From: Eledone cirrhosa
Lineage: Eukaryota
Length of the DNA: 64,000 bases
NCBI GenBank assembly: GCA_964016885.1
Contig: OZ024752.1
Coordinates: 6,820,001 to 6,884,000 of the forward strand
Reading direction: 5' to 3'
Shown: positions 41,988 through 53,384 of the stretch, piece after piece
Layout of the letters: each line of letters begins with the position of its first letter
Position numbering within the stretch: position 1 is the first letter of the stretch
Translations under genes and position numbers: made by a program
The notes under the pieces: model-generated
What the model saw: only the letters and a program-made list of their open reading frames with translations
Told to the model about the DNA's origin: nothing
Databases searched by the model: none

Positions 41988-43105
41988 CGTGGTATATATT
42001 ACTGTGGTATATATTACTGTGGTATAACTTTGGTATATATTACTGTGGTATATATAACTGTGGTACAACTGTGGTATATATTACTGTGGTATAACTTTGG
42101 TATATATTACTGTGGTATATATAACTGTGGTACAACTGTGGTATATATTACTGTGGTATAACTTTGGTATATATTACTGTGGTATATATAACTGTGGTAC
42201 AACTGTGGTATATATTACTGTGGTATAACTTTGGTATATATTAATGTGGTATATATAACTGTGGTATAACCGTGGTATATATTACTGTGGTATAACTGGT
42301 ATATATTACTGTGGTATATATTACTGTGGTATTACTGTGGTATATATAACTGTGGTATATATTACTGTGGTATATATAACTGTGGTATATATAACTGTGG
42401 TATATATTACTGTGGTATAACTATGGTATATATTACTGTGGTATAACTGTGATATATATTAGTGTGGTATAACTATGGTATATATTACTGTGGTATAACT
42501 GTGATATATATTAGTGTGGTATAACTGTGGTATAACTATGGTATATATTACTGTGGTATAACTGATATATATTAGTGTGGTATAACTGTGGTATAACTAT
42601 GGTATATATTACTGTGGTATAACTGTGATATATATTAGTGTGGTATAACTGTGGTATAACTATGGTATATATTACTGTGGTATAACTGTGATATATATTA
42701 GTGTGGTATAACTGTGGTATAACTATGGTATATATTACTGTGGTATAACTGTGATATATATTAGTGTGGTATAACTGTGGTATAACTATGGTATATATTA
42801 CTGTGGTATAACTGTGATATATATTAGTGTGGTATAACTGTGGTATAACTATGGTATATATTACTGTGGTATAACTATGGTATATATTACTGTGGTATAA
42901 CTGTGATATATATTAGTGTGGTATAACTGTGGTATAACTATGGTATATATTACTGTGGTATAACTGTGATATATATTAGTGTGGTATAACTGTGGTATAA
43001 CTATGGTATATATTACTGTGGTATAACTATGGTATATATTACTGTGGTATAACTGTGATATATATTAGTGTGGTATAACTGTGGTATAACTATGGTATAT
43101 ATTAC
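41988..43105. repeat. Short-unit actgtggtata(tatt) satellite
   Basis: Directly visible, with higher-order repetition in the 3' half. Confidence 0.92.
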
Positions 43106-43215
43106 ATGTGAATCCTGTACTCCAAAGGTTAAAGAAATTCAATGTTATTGCCATCATTATTAATGGCACTGCTCCAATAATATATATGATATTGTCATTC
43201 TTCAAAGTTCTGCAT

Positions 43216-45512
43216 TTAACCGTTTAACATTTAAACCGGCCATATCTGGCTAGAATTCTCTCACCTCTTTCTATTCAAACCAGCTGCTCATACTTATGTT
43301 AAGGTATTGTTCTCAAAATAAATAATATCAAAATCTCTTAGATTCAATATTATGTGAGATATTATGTGAGGTAAAGTCTTTACTGTGAAAATACTATAGT
43401 ATATATAGAGTAATGTAAATGTTATGTGAGATATTATGTGAGGTAAAGCCTTTACTGTGAAAATACAATAGTATATATAGAGTAATGTAAATGGTATGTG
43501 AGATATTATGTGAGGTAAAGCCTTTACTGTGAAAATACAATAGTATATATAGAGTAATGTAAATGTTATCTGAGATATTATGTGAGGTAAAGCCTTTACT
43601 GTGAAAATACAATAGTATATATAGAGTAATGTAAATGTTATCTGAGATATTATGTGAGGTAAAGCCTTTACTGTGAAAATACAATAGTATATATAGAGTA
43701 ATGTAAATGTTATCTGAGATATTATGTGAGGTAAAGCCTTTACTGTGAAAATACAATAGTATATATAGAGTAATGTAAATGTTATCTGAGATATTATGTG
43801 AGGTAAAGCCTTTACTGTGAAAATACAATAGTATATATAGAGTAATGTAAATGTTATCTGAGATATTATGTGAGGTAAAGCCTTTACTGTGAAAATACAA
43901 TAGTATATATAGAGTAATGTAAATGTTATCCGAGATATTATGTGAGGTAAAGCCTTTACTGTGAAAATACAATAGTATATATAGAGTAATGTAAATGTTA
44001 TCTGAGATATTATGTGAGGTAAAGCCTTTACTGTGAAAATACAATAGTATATATAGAGTAATGTAAATGTTATCTGAGATATTATGTGAGGTAAAGCCTT
44101 TACTGTGAAAATACAATAGTATATATAGAGTAATGTAAATGGTATGTGAGATATTATGTGAGGTAAAGCCTTTACTGTGACAATACAATAGTATATATAG
44201 AGTAATGTAAATGTTGTGAGATATTATGTGAGGTAAAGCCTTTACTGTGAAAATACAATAGTATATATAGAGTAATGTAAATGTTATGTGATATTATGTG
44301 AGGTAATTATGTGAGGCCTTTACTGTGAAAATACAATAGTATATATAGAGTAATGTAAATGTTATGTGAGATATTATGTGAGGTAAAGCCTTTACTGTGA
44401 AAATACAATAGTATATATAGAGTAATGTAAATGTTATGTGAGGTAAAGCCTTTACTGTGAAAATACAATAGTATATATAGAGTAATGTAAATGGTATGTG
44501 AGATATTATCTGAGGTAAAGCCTTTACTGTGACAATACAATAGTATATATAGAGTAATGTAAATGTTGTGAGATATTATGTGAGGTAAAGCCTTTACTGT
44601 GAAAATACAATAGTATATATAGAGTAATGTAAATGTTATGTGATATTATGTGAGGTAATTATGTGAGGCGTTTACTGTGAAAATACAATAGTATATATAG
44701 AGTAATGTAAATGTTATGTGAGATATTATGTGAGGTAAAGCCTTTACTGTGAAAATACAATAGTATATATAGAGTAATGTAAATGTTATGTGAGATATTA
44801 TGTGAGGTAAAGCCTTTACTGTGAAAATACAATAGTATATATAGAGTAATGTAAATGTTATGTGATATTATGTGAGGTAATTATGTGAGGCCTTTACTGT
44901 GAAAATACAATAGTATATATAGAGTAATGTAAATGTTATGTGATATTATGTGAGGTAATTATGTGAGGCCTTTACTGTGAAAATACAATAGTATATATAG
45001 AGTAATGTAAATGTTATGTGAGATATTATGTGAGGGTAAAGCCTTTACTGTGAAAATACAATAGTATATATAGAGTAATGTAAATGTTATGTGAGGTAAA
45101 GCCTTTACTGTGAAAATACAATAGTATATATAGAGTAATGTAAATGTTATGTGATATTATGTGAGGTAATTATGTGAGGCGTTTACTGTGAAAATACAAT
45201 AGTATATATAGAGTAATGTAAATGTTATGTGAGATATTATGTGAGGTAAAGCCTTTACTGTGAAAATACAATAGTATATATAGAGTAATGTAAATGTTAT
45301 GTGAGATATTATGTGAGGTAAAGCCTTTACTGTGAAAATACAATAGTATATATAGAGTAATGTAAATGTTATGTGAGATATTATGTGAGGTAAAGCCTTT
45401 ACTGTGAAAATACAATAGTATATATAGAGTAATGTAAATGTTATGTGAGGTAAAGCCTTTACTGTGAAAATACAATAGTATATATAGAGTAATGTAAATG
45501 GTAAAGGGTTAA
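43216..45512 (-). repeat. Same MITE with an internal 72-bp array (about 30 units), opposite orientation
   Basis: Reverse complement of the 1-1555 unit from about 43350 to 45500, bounded by TTAACC and AAAGGGTTAA. Confidence 0.92.
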
Positions 45513-45730
45513 ATCTTGTGCTTAAGAACATAACATGCTGCTTACTTGAGGAATAAAACCCACAACCTTATGATCAACAATCCAATAAGCTAACCACTAG
45601 GCCACCTGCCTACCATTATAATATATTAATTTGGTTTCTTCCTATTAAATCGAAATTGTTGAAGAAAAAAAAACAATTTCAGATATTATGACGCTACATT
45701 TATATCTCATTTGAGACCAAAAACTAGTAC

Positions 45731-45763
<33 letters not shown>

Positions 45764-46014
45764 GTCGTTTCAGATATGCTTTCAGGCTGAAATGTGAATA
45801 TATTACAGTATAACATGCACTATAGGAATGATGCAAGTGATGAGGCCCATTCCCTACTGTACCATACGCTACTATTCCATTTTATCGCTTTTTTTAGTTC
45901 TTTATTAGAACTAGTAATCAATAAAAGATATTGAAGAATATCTGCTACATCAATTATTTCAAAATTGATTTAGATGCAGATAAATAAAGCAAAATATCTA
46001 TGGCAGAATCTGGC

Positions 46015-46830
46015 TTAACCCTTTCATTACCATATTTCTAATGAAAGACCCCGTCTATGTCATTAACCCTTTCATTACCATATTTCAAATGAAAGACCCC
46101 GTCTATGTGATTAACCCTTTCATTACCATATGTCTAATGAAAGACCCCGTCTATGTGATTAACCCTTTCATTACCATATTTCTAATGAAAGACCCCGTCT
46201 ATGTCATTAACCCTTTCATTACAATATGTCTAATGAAAGACACTATGTCATTAACCCTTTCATTACCATATTTCTAATGACAGACACTGTCTATGTCATT
46301 AACCCTTTCATTACTATATTTCTAATGAAAGACACTGTCTATGTCATTAACCCTTTCATTACCATATTTCTAATGAAAGACACTGTCTATGTCATTAACC
46401 CTTTCATTACTATATTTCTAATGAAAGACACTGTCTATGTCATTAACCCTTTCATTACCATATTTCTAATGAAAGACACTATGTCATTAACCCTTTCATT
46501 GCCATATTTCTAATGAAAGACACTGTCTATGTCATTAACCCTTTCATTACTATATTTCTAATGAAAGACACTGTCTATGTCATTAACCCTTTCATTACCA
46601 TATTTCTAATGAAAGACACTGTCTATGTCATTAACCCTTTCATTGCCATATTTCTAATGAAAGATACTGTCTATGTCATTAACCCTTTCATTACCATATG
46701 TCTAATGAAAGACACTGTCTATGTCATTAACCCTTCCATTATCATATTTCTAATGAAAGACACTACCTATGTCATTAACCCTTTCATTACCATATTTCTA
46801 ATGAAGCAGACAACATATTTCAAATAATTT
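46015..46830 (+). repeat. 48-bp array (about 16 units) made from the terminus of a second TTAA-CCC MITE
   Basis: Unit ttaaccctttcattaccatatttctaatgaaagacactgtctatgtca, running into ttcaaataattttggaaa as in dispersed copies at about 5125, 8240 and 59460-59530(-). Confidence 0.9.
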
Positions 46831-46944
46831 GGAAAATAACCAAGAGGATGTAGAGGTCTGACAGTATAAGTAACTTTCTTATTATTAACCTGGGGTTGTT
46901 TTTTTTTTAAATTTACTTCACTTAAAGTTCTTACATAGAATTAT

Positions 46945-47128
46945 AATTGTTTCTACTTTAGGCACAAGGCCAGCAAATTACCCAGTGCATTACTGGTACT
47001 TTATTTTATCGACCCCGTAAGGATGAAAGGCAAAGTCAACCTCGGCGGGATTTGAACTCAGATCATAAAGGGACGTAACTATGCTGGAAAGCATGGCGTC
47101 CGACCCTCTACCGATACTGCCAATCCAC
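46945..47128 (-). mobile_element. SINE family 1
   Basis: Near-exact reverse complement of 11487-11680. Confidence 0.9.
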
Positions 47129-47607
47129 CAATTATAATGAAAGATTTTAATAAGTTTCCACACAAAAGTGGGGGCAGTTTCAGGTGGTTCCGTATCAAAA
47201 GTGACCCAAAATAGATTATCAATAAAAATTTATCAATAAAAATTCCTTCCATAAAAGACAATAAAATTCAAAAGACTAAAACATTTGGTTATATCACAAA
47301 CAAAGGTTTTGGTACAACAGAATTCTATAACAGGAATTCTTAGCTTGAAGTAAAGAATAGCTGTTAACTGTTACAAAGTATTGTCAAGGACATGCCTCCC
47401 ATTTTAATAGATAGAAAGAATGATTTAACTAATATTTTTGGTGATCAGACAAAATCTATGTCCAGCTAAATATTCCATTTTATTCATCTCATTGTTTTCC
47501 CTTCTTCTTAAGACTGGAACTCTTTCAGTCTTCATTCCTTTATCTTAATTTCTCCTTCTTCATTGCCCCACCCCTTACACTAAGAGGCTTCACACTCTGT
47601 TTGAGAC

Positions 47608-47640
<33 letters not shown>

Positions 47641-48028
47641 TTAGGGTGGCCCTTACTTTTCAACTTTCTAAAGATTTAGCTCCCACCCTCCTATCTTGTT
47701 CCAGGTAACAAAATACCAATCTATGCAAAATTTTAGCCCAAGCAGACAACTGCAAGGCGACCCTCATCGACCGTGAAATTTTGAAGTTTTCGCCCAGAAA
47801 GTCATTTTTTAGATAAAAATTTGTTATTTCTTATATAATTTTCTCTAATTAAAAACTTGTTCAGACTTATTCTTGGTATTAGAAAGATAAGTGGCAATAA
47901 ATATAATGGGGAAGGTAACTTGTAAAGCTGGGGACAGAGCGCAGGTATAGGGCAAACACCTATTTCCCATGTAGGAGCAGCAACATTTTAACTTTTGGAA
48001 AATTACCTATTGCTAAGGGTCACCCTAA
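47641..48028. mobile_element. MITE with 15-bp TIRs
   Basis: TTAGGGTGGCCCTTA ... TAAGGGTCACCCTAA. A related right end (AAATTACCTATAGCTAAGGGCCGCCCTTA) lies at about 50755-50783. Confidence 0.7.
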
Positions 48029-48277
48029 TATACATCTGTATGTGGTTGACAGCTGAGTAATACATATGCATATATACATAATGTATATATGCATATATAC
48101 ATATATGTATATATACATATATATATGATATATATATATGTACATATATATATATGATATATATATATATATGTATAAATACATGTATATATATACTCTC
48201 CTTACTATCCTTGCTTTCATATTTTCCTTGCTTCCCATTGTATTTGTATATAAACAAGTACATAGATACAAGAAAGG

Positions 48278-49003
48278 AAGAGCAATGAGAGCAATGGGAA
48301 AAGGAGAGCAATGAGAGCAATGGGAAAAGGAGAGCAAGGAGAGCAATGGGAAAAGGAGAGCAAGGAGAGCAATGGGAAAAGGAGAGCAATGAGAGCAATT
48401 GGAAAAGGAGAGCAAGGAGAGCAATGGGAAAAGGAGAGCAAGGGGAACAATTGGAAAAGGAGAGCAATGAGAGCAATTGGAAAAGGAGAGCAAGGAGAGC
48501 AATGGGAAAAGGAGAGCAAGGGGAACAATTGGAAAAGGAGAGCAAGGAGAGCAATGGGAAAAGGAGAGCAAGGAGAGCAATGGGAAAAGGAGAGCAATGA
48601 GAGCAATGGGAAAAGGAGAGTAAGGAGAGCAATGGGAAAAGGAGAGTAAGGAGAGAAAGGGGAACAATTGGAAAAGGAGAGCAAGGAGAGCAATTGGAAA
48701 AGGAGAGCAATTGGAAAAGGAGAGCAAGGAGAGCAATTGGAAAAGGAGAGCAAGGAGAGCAATTGGAAAAGGAGAGCAAGGAGAGCAATGGGAAAAGGAG
48801 AGCAAGGGGAACAATTGGAAAAGGAGAGCAAGGAGAGCAATTGGAAAAGGAGAGCAAGGAGAGCAATGGGAAAAGGAGAGCAAGGAGAGCAATGGGAAAA
48901 GGAGAGCAATGCGAAAAGGAGAGCAATGAGAGCAAAGAGAGCAATGCGAAAAGGAGAGCAATGAGAGCAAGGAGAGCAATGGGGAAAAGGAGAGCAAGGA
49001 GAA
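48278..49003. repeat. Purine-rich 17/26-bp satellite
   Basis: Unit ggagagcaaggagagcaatgggaaaa. Confidence 0.93.
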
Positions 49004-49202
49004 AAGGGGGGGGGGAGAAAAGGGGGGGGGGTGAGAGAGAAAAAAGGGGAGGGATGAGAGAGAAAAAGGGGGAGGGTGAGAGAGAAAGGGGGAAGGGGAG
49101 GAAGGGATGGAAATGGAGGTAGAAGATGGAGGTTGGGAAGGTGAGGGTGGGGAGGGGTGAGGGTGGGGAGGGGTGAGGTATTGGAGGGTGAGGAGGAGAG
49201 AA

Positions 49203-49245
<43 letters not shown>

Positions 49246-49268
49246 TATGTGGTTATATATATATATAT

Positions 49269-49597
49269 GGAGGCACATGGCTTAGTGGTTAGAGCATTGG
49301 GCTTGCAATCGAAAGGTTGTGAGTTCAATTCTCAGACCGGGTGATGTGTTGTTTCCTTGAGCAAGACACTTTATTTCACATTGCTCCAGTTTACTCAGCT
49401 GTAGAAATGAGATGATAGGGACTGGGGTCCCTATCATTCCACTGTAAAGTGGTCGTGGAGGTGCCACGGCAAAAAAGCACCCAGCACTCACTGTAAATGA
49501 GGTTGGTGTTAGGAAGGGCATCCAGCTGTAGAAATCAAGCCAGAATCAGTTCCCGTCCCACCCTTGCAAGCGGGGAGAGGCGGACGTAAAATGATGA
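49269..49597 (+). mobile_element. tRNA-derived SINE family 2 with RTE-type tail
   Basis: A box TGGCTTAGTGG, B box GAGTTCAATTC, central TCCTTGAGCAAGACACTT, then GTTAGGAAGGGCATCCAGC and a GGACGTAAAATGATGA tail. Confidence 0.88.
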
Positions 49598-50091
49598 AAT
49601 GCTGATATATATAATTGTTTCTACTTTAGGCACAAGGCCAGCAATTACCCAGTACATTACTGGTACTTTATTTTATCGACCCCGTAAGGATGAAAGGCAA
49701 AGTTAACCTCGGCGGAATTTGAACTCGGACTGTAAAGGGACGTAACTATGCTAGAAAACATGGCATCCAACCCTCTATCGATACTGCCAATTCACCAAAG
49801 GTTAAACAAGGTTCAATGAATAAATCAATAAATAAAGTTTCACAATAGATTAGAAGCACTATAATGTATATATATATATATATATCAGTATGTGGTTATA
49901 TATATACAATGTATATATAAAAAAAAAAAACCTCACATCGATTATGTGTTTGTATTAACTGAAGGCGGGTTTTCTGTTGTATATAAATGTATATAAATTT
50001 TGAGTAACAACCCAACCAGGAAGTGGACATTGTATTGACGGAGTTAAACACTTCAACAACATGTGTACCTGTCTCTACCACACCAATTCGG

Positions 50092-50146
50092 ACTGCCTGA
50101 AGAGGTCACAGCCAATCATGGCTGTCACCGAAATATATATAGCAGT
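50092..50146 (+). ncRNA. Minimal type I hammerhead ribozyme motif (family B)
   Basis: ACTGC-CTGAAGA-GGTcACAGCCA atca TGGCTGTcACC-GAAA-TATATATA^GCAGT: stem I ACTGC/GCAGT, long stem II, palindromic AT stem III, AUA triplet. Confidence 0.88.
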
Positions 50147-50455
50147 AATAAACGAAGCCAAATTTTAAATATTTGACTTAATTACTTTATTTTACAATGT
50201 ATATATATATATATATATATCAGTATGTGGTTATATATATACAATGTATATATATATATATATATATACAATATATATATATATACAATATATATACAAT
50301 ATATATATATATACAATATATATATATATATACAATATATATATATATACAATATATATATATATACAATATATATATATAATATATATATATATAAATA
50401 TTGTATATATATATATATACAATATATATATATATATATATATATCAGTATGTGG

Positions 50456-50502
<47 letters not shown>

Positions 50503-50781
50503 TATACATTTGCTGGGGTTGCCTGGATGTGTCCACATAAATTTCTCTGAGAAGAAAAAAGAAAATGGTTGAGATAGGGAACAGTATCCCACCTTTGAAC
50601 AGAATTAAGCGTTGTGTATACTATGTTCCAACTTGAAGGTGTTTGAGGGTCTCCTAACAGTTGTCTGATTGAGCTGAAATTTTGCACACCCAGTTTTTTT
50701 GTTTTGGAACACGATTAGGGGGGTGGGGGGTGGGAGCAAATTTTAACTTTCAGAAAATTACCTATAGCTAAGGGCCGCCCT

Positions 50782-50833
<52 letters not shown>

Positions 50834-50840
<7 letters not shown>

Positions 50841-51525
50841 TAATTTAATATATCTACTAACATAAGCGCACAGATGTATGCTAATGCCAGCAAATACACA
50901 GGTTATGTCATAGTACCTAGGTGGTTCAATGCAGGAGGATGCAGAACAATAATATAAAAGACGTAAAATAAGAACATTTAAAAAAAAAAAAAAAAAAAAT
51001 ATTGTTCTGCATCCTCCTGCATTGAACAACCTAGGTACTATGACATAACCTGTGTATTTGCTGGCATTAGCGTACATCTGTGCGCTTATATTAGTAGATA
51101 TATTAAATTATCTATATTTATCTCCAAATCACTGATTTGTCGAGCAAACCTGCCAAAACCACTACTAAAATTTTTTTGGGGGTGTTAGTAGGCGTCTGTC
51201 ATCTTACCATCCCATTCCTATTGACTAGCCTCTGTGTCACGTGATTGATTCTTTAGAATCGGCCATTTGACCAGTGGCAGTGAGAATTTTCAGTGCCTGG
51301 AATCCAGTCCTCGATAGCTGTTCCATTTACCAAATTATTATTATTTTTATATGAGTCCCCAGTGTCCGCGCATTGCCTGGAGACTTGGCTGAGAATAGAC
51401 CTCCCTGATGACGCAATGAAATTCTCAACAGTTCATTACGTAACTGTCTTTATCCCATTGCAGAAACTAATTAGTTGGAGTGAAAATTTAAGTAAGTTAA
51501 TTCTTTAAAATTTTTTTTTTTTACG

Positions 51526-51532
<7 letters not shown>
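50834..51532 (+). mobile_element. Putative Penelope-like terminal-repeat remnant with a 118-bp inverted duplication
   Basis: Arms 50834-50951 and 51000-51117 (3 mismatches seen). The spacer contains the reverse complement of the element's far end (TTTTACGTCTTTTATA, about 51518-51534). Decayed CTGATGA plus hairpin at 51405-51440; (TA)n flanks. Confidence 0.5.
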
Positions 51533-51564
<32 letters not shown>

Positions 51565-51593
51565 CATATATATATATATACATATATATATAC

Positions 51594-51626
<33 letters not shown>

Positions 51627-51943
51627 AATCTGGGTTAAATTTTTTCCAAAGAATGCTGGATTGAATGCAAATTGAGTTCAAATGAAGTGTGACTTTAACA
51701 TATTTCTCAGGGAGACAGGTCTTTGAATTACAGGTACATTCCATCCAACAGGTTTTCAACAGCTTCTGTTTACACAATTTCACTGAAAAAGCAGGGGTCA
51801 ACCTGAGGCTGTGGTAAAAGGCACCCAATATGTCCCAGATATAGGATTGAACCTGGGACCCAATGATTAATAAACTTCTTCATTTTTCTGTGCTACATTC
51901 GTCATAAAAAGAAGATCAAACAAAAGAAAAAGGTGAAACTTAC

Positions 51944-52238
51944 TTTATGAAGTATTGCTGTCCATCAGCAGTATAAGCAGCTTCCCAATTACCAGGTAAA
52001 GGTCCAAGATTAGAAGAGCTCCGTGCCTTTTCCAATGACCGTTGGCGTATCACAGGAACATTGTCTCGGAATGGCAGCAGTGAAGATTTAGAAGACGACA
52101 TTTCTGAATTACTAGGTAACTTCCGTTTTGTTTCACCTTGATTACTATTTCCAAAAAGTAAACTTCCAGCTGACCCTGTACGTCGTACATGAACTACATT
52201 TGGCTCTTTAGGGGGCTTTGGTGTCCCATAGTGATTAC
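51944..52238 (-). CDS. MAGI: Internal exon of a MAGI-family scaffold (membrane-associated guanylate kinase, WW and PDZ domains): end of GK-like region, linker and N-terminal half of WW1
   Basis: Translation (G)NHYGTPKPPKEP...LGPLPGNWEAAYTADGQQYFI matches the MAGI motifs GNYYGTPKPP and [22 protein letters not shown]. Acceptor ctttcttcgcag|GT at 52239-52240, donor AA|gtaagt at 51943-51938. Length 295 nt, phase 1 to phase 2, no stops. Confidence 0.93.
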
Positions 52239-52333
52239 CTGCGAAGAAAGGACAGCAATTATTAGAATTTGTTTTGATATAGGGTTTCAACTGAAAATAT
52301 TGATCATTTCATCTATAATTATATATATATATA

Positions 52334-52679
52334 CTAGCAGTGGTATCCGGCGTTGCACAAGATAAGGTATTTTGGAACGTGGCCGCCAACAGACCTAATC
52401 GTGGAAAAACTACATGCCTGGACAATATGTAAAGAAAATAAACCAAATACTCTGATGGCTGGATAATCTTTAAGATTTTCCTTGAGGAAGCCGAAAAATG
52501 CAGGTTTTCACCTAATGCAGGCCCTAGGGGATCAAAAAGTTGAATTTGTTTATGTACATAACACTCCTTGAAACACAAGTAATACACATGTTAAGTTTGA
52601 AAACATTTGGTTGGGTACTTCTCGAGTTTTAGGGATTCACACACACACACATAGACATCCTCAGTTTTATATATATAGA
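52334..52679 (-). mobile_element. Non-autonomous Helitron
   Basis: Minus strand 5' TCTATATATATAAAACTGAGG ... GCAACGCCGGATACCACTGCTAG 3'; termini resemble those of 7657-7792. Confidence 0.7.
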
Positions 52680-52852
52680 TCTATCAGAATTTCTGTATAA
52701 AACTATTTGGTAAATATATACTTTCTTATACAGCTCTCTACACATAAATAGTTATATTTTTATCCTTGATTATGAGAGCACGAATATATATATATATATA
52801 AACAAGAAGTGTAAGTCAACAGGTTAAAATTAGCTTCGTTTATTCATATTCA

Positions 52853-52905
52853 CTGCTATATTTCGGTGATAGCCATTATTCAACAGCTATGACCTCATCA
52901 GGCAG
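52853..52905 (-). ncRNA. Minimal type I hammerhead ribozyme motif (family B)
   Basis: Minus strand CTGC-CTGATGA-GGTcATAGCTGTT gaat AATGGCTATcACC-GAAA-TATA^GCAG. Stem II covaries with the 50092 copy, and both share the downstream tail AATAAACGAAGC..AATTTTAA..TTGACTTA. Confidence 0.85.
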
Positions 52906-53334
52906 CTAGAACTTGGACAGAAAAAAAACAAGAAAACATAATGATGGAACAAAGTTTACCTCTGTTATTTCGTTGATATGCCCAGTTCAAAAGTGTGGTG
53001 GTGTTTTCTCAAAGAACTGGTGGCATATCTTTGTTAAACTTGGACTTTTATTATTTTAAATATTAATGCTCTACTACATCAACTGTCCTCAACAACAACA
53101 ACAACAACAACAAAGACTTATTCGTCTGTTTTAAACTCCTTACAAGCAGACGATATTAGGGTGTTGAGAGCTTCTCTCATCTTACCAATAATTATAGTGG
53201 AATACTCCCCTATAATCACCTATATTTATAATGTAGATTTCCAATGTATATCAGGAGGTGAGTACAATTAAAAAAGGAACTCAATATGTTAATAGAATAT
53301 AGGTATATTTATAATATATCTTATTATAGAAATA

Positions 53335-53384
53335 ACTTCCACAGGACTAGAACTGTTTCATTCATAAGAAATCATCAGGAAAGT
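53335..53384 (-). ncRNA. Family A hammerhead motif, probably inactive
   Basis: Minus strand ACTTTC-CTGATGA-T TTC ttat GAA T-GAAACAG ttctagtc CTGTG GAAGT. The cleavage triplet is GUG, which breaks the NUH rule. Confidence 0.65.

Noticed and set aside
49269-49345. tRNA gene
   Set aside because: A and B boxes are present but there is no proper acceptor stem, and the sequence continues into a SINE body found in other copies.
51401-51450. Additional active hammerhead (CTGATGA plus long hairpin)
   Set aside because: GAAA is replaced by TAAC and no stem I closes; at most a decayed remnant.
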